DNA of 64,000 nucleotides, taken from the NCBI GenBank assembly GCA_040219255.1, contig JAVJSW010000004.1:127266-191265 (forward strand), in the 5' to 3' direction. This DNA is from Sumerlaeia bacterium (GTDB lineage: Bacteria > Sumerlaeota > Sumerlaeia > SLMS01 > JAHLLQ01). The position numbers and the translations under genes are program-made. Shown in pieces: positions 56,560 through 64,000 of the stretch (position 1 is the stretch's first letter; each line of letters starts with the position of its first letter). The notes under the pieces were generated by a model. It worked only from the letters and a program-made list of their open reading frames with translations, did no database searches and was not told where the DNA came from.

Positions 56560-57186
56560 TTGAAACAAAAAGCCTTCACCCTCATCGAACTTCTCATCGT
56601 GGTGGCCATCATCGCCATTCTCGCCGCCATCGCCGTTCCCAACTTCCTTGAAGCCCAGGTGCGCGCCAAGGTGAGCCGCGTGAAGAACGACCTGCGCACC
56701 ATCGCCACCGGCCTCGAATCCTACCGCGTCGACACCAACGCCTACCCCACCGACCGCCCCGTCCGCCCCGTGCCCGGCGATCCTACCGCCGCCCAGCTCA
56801 CCCTCGGCTTCGAACTCACGACCCCTATCGCCTATCTGTCCTCCGCCGGTATCATGGAAGACCTCTTCCGTCTCCAGCGCGCCGATATCCGCGCCGCCGC
56901 GGCGACCCTTGGCGGACGCGAGCGCTACGGCTACCTCAACATCGAGGGTCTGCCCGAATCCGCACCCGGCACCACCGCCGCCGTCATGGACACGCTGACC
57001 CGCCGCCACGGCTCCTGGCGTCTCTACAGCGCCGGACCCGACCTCTACTTCTTCGAGGACGGCACCGGCACCCTGACCGATTACTCCGAATTCCCGGTCA
57101 TCAACTACGACGCCACCAATGGCACCATCAGCTTCGGCGACATCTTCCGCGATCAGAAGAACACCGACCAAGCCACGCAAAACTAA
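56560..57186 (+). CDS. Prepilin-type cleavage/methylation protein, paralog 3
   Basis: TTG start after GAGG; KA|FTLIELL; LTTPIAY, SAGPD and YDATNGTISFGD. Confidence 0.9.
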   Translation: MKQKAFTLIELLIVVAIIAILAAIAVPNFLEAQVRAKVSRVKNDLRTIATGLESYRVDTNAYPTDRPVRPVPGDPTAAQLTLGFELTTPIAYLSSAGIMEDLFRLQRADIRAAAATLGGRERYGYLNIEGLPESAPGTTAAVMDTLTRRHGSWRLYSAGPDLYFFEDGTGTLTDYSEFPVINYDATNGTISFGDIFRDQKNTDQATQN

Positions 57187-57201
57187 ACCGACAACTAGTT
57201 T

Positions 57202-57250
57202 CTTAAGAGAAGTGGGGACGGTAAAATTTTACAACCGCCCCCTTCTCAAG
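57202..57250. terminator. Imperfect hairpin between the two tandem pilin genes
   Basis: GAGAAGTGGGGACGGT...ACCGCCCCCTTCTC arms around the palindrome GTAAAATTTTAC. Confidence 0.45.
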
Positions 57251-57441
57251 GTTCTATAGCCCATTTCAAACGCTCTCCGTCCCCTTCCCTGTCCGTCCTC
57301 CCGAACTTTTGTCATATTTTAGACCGTCCATCCTATTGACTTTTTGGTTCGCGCCAAGTTAAGCACCGATGGAAAGACTGAAGAGCTTCCTTTTTTTTAA
57401 GGCTGCCACACCCCCCACAACCACAGGAGCGACCCCGACTC

Positions 57442-58179
57442 GTGAAGAACAAAGCATTTACACTGATCGAACTGCTGATCGTCGTCGCGATCATCGCGAT
57501 TCTGGCGGCCATCGCCGTCCCCAACTTCCTCGAAGCCCAGGTCCGCGCCAAAGTCAGCCGGGCGAAGTCCGACATGCGGACCCTCGCCACCGCCATCGAG
57601 TCCTATGCGGTCGACAATAATAACTATCCGATTTTCGTCGCTCCCAATTCTTCGACCTTTGGCGGACCTGGAGGCGTGGTCAACGGGCCCAGCATCTACA
57701 ATCCTGGGCAAGAGGGAATCAGCTCCCGCTTCATTTGGCTGACAACGCCTATCGCATACATCACCTCCGTCTTCCGCGACCCCTTCATTCCGGCCAATGT
57801 GGGTCTTGCCGTCGACGCCTGCACAGGGGATCCTCTCGCCGCCTACGACACGTATGACTACACGGATGCCGAATCCGTCACCCCAGAAGGCATCATTAGT
57901 GACATTCGCGGAACGGCTGACACGCGCGGAGCCAGCATTACCTCGGGAGCCGCATGGCACCTTGTGTCCGCTGGACCTGATACGATCAATGCCTTTGGCG
58001 GAGGGCCCGGTGGTTCGCTGGCCTATTGCAGCGGTGATGCCATCGACCTCGGTCCTGACTACGACCCCACTAACGGAACTGTTTCTTCAGGGGACCTTGT
58101 CCGCATCGGAGGTGGACCTGGCGTTCTCTTCACTGCTGTCCCCGCGTACGACCGCGTGAAGAACGAATTCAACCCATAA
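57442..58179 (+). CDS. Prepilin-type cleavage/methylation protein, paralog 4
   Basis: RBS CAGGAG, GTG start; KA|FTLIELL; LTTPIAY..DPF, SAGPD and YDPTNGTVSSGD. Confidence 0.9.
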   Translation: MKNKAFTLIELLIVVAIIAILAAIAVPNFLEAQVRAKVSRAKSDMRTLATAIESYAVDNNNYPIFVAPNSSTFGGPGGVVNGPSIYNPGQEGISSRFIWLTTPIAYITSVFRDPFIPANVGLAVDACTGDPLAAYDTYDYTDAESVTPEGIISDIRGTADTRGASITSGAAWHLVSAGPDTINAFGGGPGGSLAYCSGDAIDLGPDYDPTNGTVSSGDLVRIGGGPGVLFTAVPAYDRVKNEFNP

Positions 58180-58251
58180 TAACAAGTGTATTGTTCTGGA
58201 AGCATTAGGTGGCTGAGCCCCACCCCTCCCCGTGGCGGGGCTTTCCCCTTT

Positions 58252-59706
58252 TTAATCCACAATCCGAAACGCCTGAAACCGCTCGACTTCGTCGTAGAAC
58301 GCCCGCTCCGGCGCCTCGCGAGCTTCCACCGCCGCCACCTCCGCCGCGCGGAAGCCCATGTGGATGCTGTGGTCCATGTTGTTGTGCAGGAACAACCCCT
58401 GCCGCCCCACGCTGATCAGGCCCGGCCACTCGCGCAAGTACCCCCACACCCGCTCGAGCCGCTCGCGGTATCCCAAGTCGTAGAGCGGATAGGTGTGCGG
58501 AATGCGCACCACGCGCGTCTCGGCGATGTCCGCGCGCGTCAGGAGCCCCGTCGCCTCCACCCCCGCGATGCTGGCCTCCGTCAGGTCCTCGTCGCTCATG
58601 CCCCACGTCGCGTCGCCGTGCAGGCACGTCGTCTCCAGCATCAGGAGCGACTGACCCGCCGCGCCCATGCTTTCGTGGAAGTTCTTGGGCTCGTAGCCCC
58701 GGTTGAAAATCGTGTCCGGGCCCGGGAAATAGAGCCACTGGTTCGGCGTCACCCGGTCCTTCTTGACCAGCAGACACACCAGGAAATTCGCGATGAACCG
58801 CATCCCGCCGCGCGCCGTGGCCACTTCGCTGTCCGGCCGGCGCATGAGCAGCCACTCCAGCAGATCCGTCACCGGCAACGTGCTGAACACGAAATCCGCT
58901 TCGTGCGTGGCGCCGCTCGCCTCGACGCGCCAGACGCCGTTGCCGCGCCGCTCCAGGTCGCGCACCTCCTGCCCCGTCTCGATGCGCCCGCCCAGCGCCA
59001 GCACCCGCTCGCGCAGCTTCTCCGCCAGCCGTTCGACCCCGCCGGGGATGTAGTAGAACTTCTTCAGGGCCGTCTCTTGGCCCTCTTTCTCGCCCACCAG
59101 AACCCGCTTCACGATGCGATCCAGCCCCCCCGCGCTGACCCGCACCCGGGCGATGTCGCCGTGGATTTGCGACGGAGCCGTCTTCCACACCTTTTCCGTA
59201 TAGCCGAGCACGATCAGCTTGTAGAGTTCGGCGCCGAAGGCTTCCGTCATCACCTTCTCGAAGCTGTCCGCCTGCCCCGCCCCGGCGCGCCGCAGCTTGC
59301 CCGCGGCAAAGCTCGCCGCCGCCTTCGCCAGACGCATCGGCCCCCACGCCCTCAGCATCTCCATCGGCTTGGGCGGGTATTCGACCCATCGGCCATCGAG
59401 CCACATCTGGCTCTGGCGCGGCACGCGGACCATTTCCCTGCCCGCCAGATCCTGCAGGAAGGCCTGCACATCCGGCAGTTCGGTGTGGATACGGTGCGGC
59501 CCCATATCCGCCACCTGATCCCCCAGCGTCAGCCGCCGCGCCAGCCCGCCGACGCGGTCCTCGCGCTCGAGGATGACCACGTCGGCCCCCGCCTCGTGTT
59601 CGAGCATCCGCAGCGCCACCGCCAACCCGCAAACGCCCCCGCCGAGAACGACGATGCGCCGGGCGCGCGGGGATTCAGTGGTGGAGGAGGCGGGCGGTTC
59701 AGTCAT
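58252..59706 (-). CDS. FAD-dependent oxidoreductase (protoporphyrinogen oxidase/UDP-galactopyranose mutase-like)
   Basis: IVVLGGGVCGL...EREDRVGGLA, DMGPHR, YTEKVW and GRQGLFLHNNMDHS. Confidence 0.85.
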   Translation of the reverse strand: MTEPPASSTTESPRARRIVVLGGGVCGLAVALRMLEHEAGADVVILEREDRVGGLARRLTLGDQVADMGPHRIHTELPDVQAFLQDLAGREMVRVPRQSQMWLDGRWVEYPPKPMEMLRAWGPMRLAKAAASFAAGKLRRAGAGQADSFEKVMTEAFGAELYKLIVLGYTEKVWKTAPSQIHGDIARVRVSAGGLDRIVKRVLVGEKEGQETALKKFYYIPGGVERLAEKLRERVLALGGRIETGQEVRDLERRGNGVWRVEASGATHEADFVFSTLPVTDLLEWLLMRRPDSEVATARGGMRFIANFLVCLLVKKDRVTPNQWLYFPGPDTIFNRGYEPKNFHESMGAAGQSLLMLETTCLHGDATWGMSDEDLTEASIAGVEATGLLTRADIAETRVVRIPHTYPLYDLGYRERLERVWGYLREWPGLISVGRQGLFLHNNMDHSIHMGFRAAEVAAVEAREAPERAFYDEVERFQAFRIVD

Positions 59707-59889
59707 GGCGCGGCAAGCCTGCGCCGAAGCCGGCGCCTTGGGCAAGCGTAAGGCACGCCCCCTGTTCGTAGTTCCCCCTTCAGGCGGAAAGGTTACCCGG
59801 CGGGCATCCTCCATCGCCAGAATCCGATTGCCTGTCATCAGAGATAGCCGTGGATTGGCGCCAAGACATCCCCGGTATTGAGCGCAACC

Positions 59890-61635
59890 ATGAGTCCTTC
59901 CCTTCGCCAAATCCTTCTTGCAATCGCTTTGCTCCTTGCTCCTTTGGGCGCCGCGGCGAAGGATGTGGGGCAGACCGCCGATGCGGAGACAGCGAACGCC
60001 TGGCGGATGATCGACCACGCCCTTGCGACCGACGTGGACCCGAACCTGCCCGACCAAGCGGGCGTGACGCTCCTGATCGTGGCGTCCCGCTACGGCCACA
60101 CCGAGGCCGTTCGCAAGTTGATCGACAGAGGCGCATTGGTCAATAAGAAGACCAGCGAGGATGGGATTTCGGCCCTACATACAGCCATCCGGTATGGACA
60201 CGACGAAATCGTTCGGCTCCTTCTCGCGGCGGGCGCCAATCCCAACGCGTCCCTTGGATTCGATGCGATGGCGCCACCACTCCATTTCGCCCTATTCCTC
60301 GAACACTATGAAATCGCCGAGCAGCTTCTCAATGCGGGCGCCGACATCCACGCCGTGGACGAGGGCGGTTGGACTGCCCTTCACATTGCGGCCGTGAAGA
60401 ATCAACCCGCTCTTGCTAAAAAACTCTTGGCTCATGGGTCAGATATAGACGCAAGAGACGACGAAGAGCAAACACCCCTCTACTATGCCGTCTTCGAAGG
60501 ACACGTTGAAGTCACTTCTACCCTCATTAAAGAGGGCGCCAATCCCGAAATCCCTGACGACGATGGCTGGTACCCGCTCTCCATTGCATCTCAGGAAGGA
60601 CATACAGTCATTGTTCGTATGCTGCTCCAAGCTGGGGCCAACCACTACACGACCGCAAGCCGCAATCGCACCCATTTGTATATCGCGGCCAAGGATGGTC
60701 ACCTGGAAATCGTGGATATTATGCTCGATGCGGGAGTATCAGTAAATAACAATACAACCGACAATTTCTCCCCCTTATTTATTGCCGCCCAGAACGGTCA
60801 CCCAAAAGTTGTGAAACGACTGCTCGAAGCGGGGGCGGTTGTGGACTTTGTTAGCGATGAAGGAATAACTCCGCTCATGATGGCTGCGAACCACGGACAC
60901 TTGGCCAATGTTCGCCTACTCGCCGAAGCGGGTGCTGACATCAACCACCAGGGTGAATCGGGTCTGTCCGCTTTGTTTCATTCGCTGCTCGGTAGGCATT
61001 TCGATGTTGTCGCATACCTCGCCGAGTCCGGCGCGGACCCGAATGCTGTGACCGAGAAGGGATGGACCCCATTCTTGCACGCCGTTCTGGAACAAGACGC
61101 GACTTTGGTCAGCCGTCTCCTGCAGTATGGCGCCGATCCCAACTCGCTGACACCAAAAGGAACACCGCTCGAGATAGCGGCGATCAAAGGCGATTTACGC
61201 ATCGTCCACATATTGCTTGAAGCGGGAGCCGATCCCAGCCTCGAAAGCGAAGCTTCGTACCCCCCTCTGACCTACGCAGCCAAGGCAGGACATTTGGATG
61301 TAGTCCGAGCCTTGCTTGGAGCAGAAAAGAACCGAACTCCGCAGCCTAATGTTCCTGATGCCGCTTTGTTATACGCAACGGCAAATGGACATACGGACAT
61401 CGCGAGGGAATTGCTAAACGCAGGCGCGAATCCCAATTCCGTGACTCCAAGCGGGACTACTCCGCTCATGTTTGCCGCTCAAGAAGGAAACCTGGAAATC
61501 GCCAAAGCGCTTCTCGAAGCAGGGGCGGACCCCCTCCTCGTGACTGATGAGCAAGTTACTGCCCTCGGCTACGCCCGCTTCGGCAAGCACCAAGAGCTCA
61601 TCGCCCTCCTCGAACCCTACTTCGCCAAGGAGTAA
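59890..61635 (+). CDS. Secreted ankyrin-repeat protein
   Basis: Signal peptide MSPSLRQILLAIALLLAPLGAAA; about 15 G.TPL..AA..GH...V..LL.AGA.PN repeats. Confidence 0.92.
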   Translation: MSPSLRQILLAIALLLAPLGAAAKDVGQTADAETANAWRMIDHALATDVDPNLPDQAGVTLLIVASRYGHTEAVRKLIDRGALVNKKTSEDGISALHTAIRYGHDEIVRLLLAAGANPNASLGFDAMAPPLHFALFLEHYEIAEQLLNAGADIHAVDEGGWTALHIAAVKNQPALAKKLLAHGSDIDARDDEEQTPLYYAVFEGHVEVTSTLIKEGANPEIPDDDGWYPLSIASQEGHTVIVRMLLQAGANHYTTASRNRTHLYIAAKDGHLEIVDIMLDAGVSVNNNTTDNFSPLFIAAQNGHPKVVKRLLEAGAVVDFVSDEGITPLMMAANHGHLANVRLLAEAGADINHQGESGLSALFHSLLGRHFDVVAYLAESGADPNAVTEKGWTPFLHAVLEQDATLVSRLLQYGADPNSLTPKGTPLEIAAIKGDLRIVHILLEAGADPSLESEASYPPLTYAAKAGHLDVVRALLGAEKNRTPQPNVPDAALLYATANGHTDIARELLNAGANPNSVTPSGTTPLMFAAQEGNLEIAKALLEAGADPLLVTDEQVTALGYARFGKHQELIALLEPYFAKE

Positions 61636-61640
61636 CCCCC

Positions 61641-63779
61641 TCACTCCAACCCCCGCCAATCCCCGACGCTCGAGCTGATCGTTACGTCGAAGGTGCCGAG
61701 GACCGCTGAGTCTGGGCTGTTGGCCGAGGTGTCGGTTACCGAGCCGCCGAGGAAGCTGATCGTGTACGTTCCCGAATCGAGCGTCTGCCACGAACCTCCC
61801 GGCGCGGGCACCGTGTAGGTCACATCGCGCGGCGTGCCATTGCCCGGCAGGTTGATCATCGTGAACTGGCCCGCTTCGTCATAGCCGTTCGGGCCGGTGA
61901 CGCGGATGTTGCTGTCGTTGATGGTCGGTGCTGCCAGCGCGACAATGTCGGTGTAGCGCACCACGATCGACTGATCGCTGCCACCCGCCGTCGTGATGTC
62001 GTTCGCTGTCAACAGAGTCACTGTCGGCGAGGTCGTGTCCTGAACAGTCAGGACCACGGAAGCGGTGGTCACGTTGCCGAGGGCGTCGGTGACGCTGACG
62101 ACGATTTCCGCGCTGCCGACGGCTTGCTCATAGGTCAGGTCCAGCGTCCGCGTCGTCGCCGAGCCGCTCAGCGTCAGGTTGCCGTTCTGCACGAGGGCCG
62201 TATTGAGGCTGCTGGCGGACACCAGCAAGCCCGCCGGAGACGTCTCGTGATCGTCCACGCCGAAGGTGACGCTTTCCATGAAGGGCGAGGCGGCTTCGAC
62301 CACCAGGGTGGCCGGCAGCGCCAGCACATCGGGCGTGCCGGTGACGGAGAAGGCTTCGCGGTTGCCGGAGTTCTGCCGCGCGATATAAACGATCGTTTCC
62401 GCATCGTCATCGTAGGCGAAGCGCACCACGCCGGTTCCGGCCTGCGGCGGGGTCAGTTCGAAGGGCGGCTCGCTGCCATCGATCGGGACGGAGAAGAGAC
62501 TGGCGTACACGTTCTCGTTCGAGCGATACGCCACGCGCTGGCCGTCGGGCGAGATGGCGAAGTTCGTCACGTTCTGGCCCGCGGTGAGCGGCGAGTTCAG
62601 GCGCGTGGCGGTGGTCGAGCCATCCACCGGAACGGCGAAGACCTCGATGGCTTCATCGGTGATCTGATCGGCGAGATAAACCACCGTCGATCCATCGGCG
62701 GTGATCTGGGGAAGGGAACCGATGACTTGACCGCCCGTAATCAGCGGATCGTTCAGCTTCGTGGCCGCCTGGCTGCCATCGGTCGGGACGCTGTAGATTT
62801 CAAAGATGCCGTTTGTGTCGGCGTCGGCCAGATAGACGATGCGGGATCCATCGGGCGTCAGGGCGCAGAACCCTTCGCTGACACCGGTAGTGGAAGTCAT
62901 CGCCGGGGAAATCAGAACGGCGGCCGACGATCCATCCACGGGCGCCGCGAACAGTTCGAAGAAGCCGTTCACCCGGGCGTCGCCGGTAAAGAACACCGTA
63001 CCGCCATCGGCGGAAATCAACACGCCCCCGTTGTCCACGTCGCCGCCGGTGGGAAGCGCGTTGTTGAGTTGTGTCGGGCTCGACGAACCATCGGCGGGCA
63101 CCGAGTAGATCTCGCGGTCGCCGTTCACGTCTTGGTCGCCGGTGTAGATGACGGTGCTGGAATCGGGCGTGAAAAGGAACTCATCCTCCACATCGCCACT
63201 GACGGGAAAATCGTTGGTCACGCGCACCGGCACCGAAGACCCATCGGCCGGGGCCACGAACAGCTCGAACACTTCGAAGAAGCGCTGGTCCGCCACGTAG
63301 CCGATCAATTGGCTGTCGGGCGAGAACTGGAAATTGGTCAGCAGGCTGTCGACCACGGAGAAGTCGGGGTTGATGCGCACCGGCGCCGACGACAAATCCG
63401 CCGGGACAGTGTAGAGTTCGAAAACGCCATCGGTGTCGATGTCGGCTTCGAAGGCGATGCGGCTTCCGTCGGGCGAAAGCTGAAAGGAGCCCCTCGTGTC
63501 CGCCGTCGGGGGCAGCGAGCCGATCAAATTCACCGGCGCCGCCGAGCCGTCCATCGGAACGCGAAACAGAGAATTCAGATCGAACGTTTCGAGATCGCCG
63601 AAAACCACCGCTTCGCTCGAGTTGGCCAGAGGCAGCACGCCCTCCGCCTCGGAACCGGAAGGCAGATCGCCGTGTAACCGGGGGTTTGTCGTTCCCGCCA
63701 TCGCGGCCGGAACGCAGAGTGTCACCGCCAGCAGGAGCGAGACACCCGCCGCCCGCCTATTGTTTAGCAAATCGTTCAT
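61641..63779 (-). CDS. Secreted TolB-like beta-propeller repeat protein with Ig-like tail and C-terminal SSVGDW motif
   Basis: RBS CAGGAG; signal peptide; about 8 repeats of ELFxVPxDGS...SPDGSxIxYxAD; ends TISSSVGDWRGLE. Confidence 0.8.
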   Translation of the reverse strand: MNDLLNNRRAAGVSLLLAVTLCVPAAMAGTTNPRLHGDLPSGSEAEGVLPLANSSEAVVFGDLETFDLNSLFRVPMDGSAAPVNLIGSLPPTADTRGSFQLSPDGSRIAFEADIDTDGVFELYTVPADLSSAPVRINPDFSVVDSLLTNFQFSPDSQLIGYVADQRFFEVFELFVAPADGSSVPVRVTNDFPVSGDVEDEFLFTPDSSTVIYTGDQDVNGDREIYSVPADGSSSPTQLNNALPTGGDVDNGGVLISADGGTVFFTGDARVNGFFELFAAPVDGSSAAVLISPAMTSTTGVSEGFCALTPDGSRIVYLADADTNGIFEIYSVPTDGSQAATKLNDPLITGGQVIGSLPQITADGSTVVYLADQITDEAIEVFAVPVDGSTTATRLNSPLTAGQNVTNFAISPDGQRVAYRSNENVYASLFSVPIDGSEPPFELTPPQAGTGVVRFAYDDDAETIVYIARQNSGNREAFSVTGTPDVLALPATLVVEAASPFMESVTFGVDDHETSPAGLLVSASSLNTALVQNGNLTLSGSATTRTLDLTYEQAVGSAEIVVSVTDALGNVTTASVVLTVQDTTSPTVTLLTANDITTAGGSDQSIVVRYTDIVALAAPTINDSNIRVTGPNGYDEAGQFTMINLPGNGTPRDVTYTVPAPGGSWQTLDSGTYTISFLGGSVTDTSANSPDSAVLGTFDVTISSSVGDWRGLE

Positions 63780-63862
63780 GCTTAATCGAGTCTCCTGAAC
63801 TTTTTAGATTCGGCATCTTTTTGGAACGATACGGTAAAGGCAAGCGGGAAATCCCACTGACG

Positions 63863-63899
63863 AAAACGCCCCCGGAAAGCGGGACGCTTTCCGGGGGCG
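63863..63899 (-). terminator. Rho-independent terminator
   Basis: 15-bp perfect stem CGCCCCCGGAAAGCG, 3-nt loop, CGCTTTCCGGGGGCG; followed by TTTT on the minus strand. Confidence 0.85.
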
Positions 63900-63966
63900 G
63901 GGCTGTCATCGGTCGAGTCGTGAGCGGTTCACGCGAGCCCTCTGCGGGCCCGCGCTGGCGCCCGGT

Positions 63967-64000
63967 TTAGTTGAAGCACAGCTCCATGCCGTAGGTCGTG
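63967..64000 (-). CDS. 3' end of a CDS entering from beyond the window (...TTYGMELCFN*)
   Basis: TAA at 63967-63969, just upstream of the strong terminator. Confidence 0.45.
   Translation of the reverse strand, partial: TTYGMELCFN

Noticed and set aside
1-64000. CRISPR array, rRNA, tRNA, IS/transposase, integrase or DGR reverse transcriptase
   Set aside because: None seen by eye. Repeats found are coding repeats, operators or terminators. A small ncRNA or riboswitch cannot be excluded without a covariance search.

Overview
High-GC bacterial window. The lineage is probably Candidatus Sumerlaeota/BRC1 or a relative; this is inferred from four paralogous AFTLIELL...YDPTNGT pilin-like genes and short Trp-containing C-terminal tails on secreted proteins. 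Five blocks are visible. (1) 0.5-15.6 kb: a LacI-controlled beta-1,3-glucan utilisation locus (GH161-like phosphorylase, two GH16-CBM6 enzymes, a frameshifted GH50-like hydrolase, sugar ABC components). Each catabolic operon is headed by a pilin-like gene. A recurring GTTA(A/T)CG(A/T)TA(A/T)C operator occurs in pairs at every promoter and again before a GH1 gene 30 kb away. (2) 16.3-34.5 kb, the best candidate for an undescribed system: a five-gene operon in which every product has a Sec-type signal peptide. It encodes a P-domain/cohesin-like scaffold, a compact TcA-like coiled-coil pore protein, a tail-collar/fibre protein with a propeller head, an SpvB-FG-GAP-RHS (TcB-TcC-like) cocoon with an unrecognised C-terminal payload, and a dockerin-like protein. 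AT-rich patches map to the pore tip, the fibre head and the payload. (3) 34.6-44 kb: an Rrf2/ric-linked NarK + molybdoenzyme + Fe-S + Rieske cluster. (4) 46-51.8 kb: a specialised Hsp70-GrpE-degenerate J-domain operon. (5) 52-64 kb: TlpA, nucleotidyltransferase, NamZ, two more pilins, an FAD oxidoreductase, a secreted ankyrin protein and a secreted beta-propeller protein. All domain calls are by-eye motif recognition; no database searches were run. Start codons were adjusted from the ORF track using RBS, gene overlap and signal peptides.
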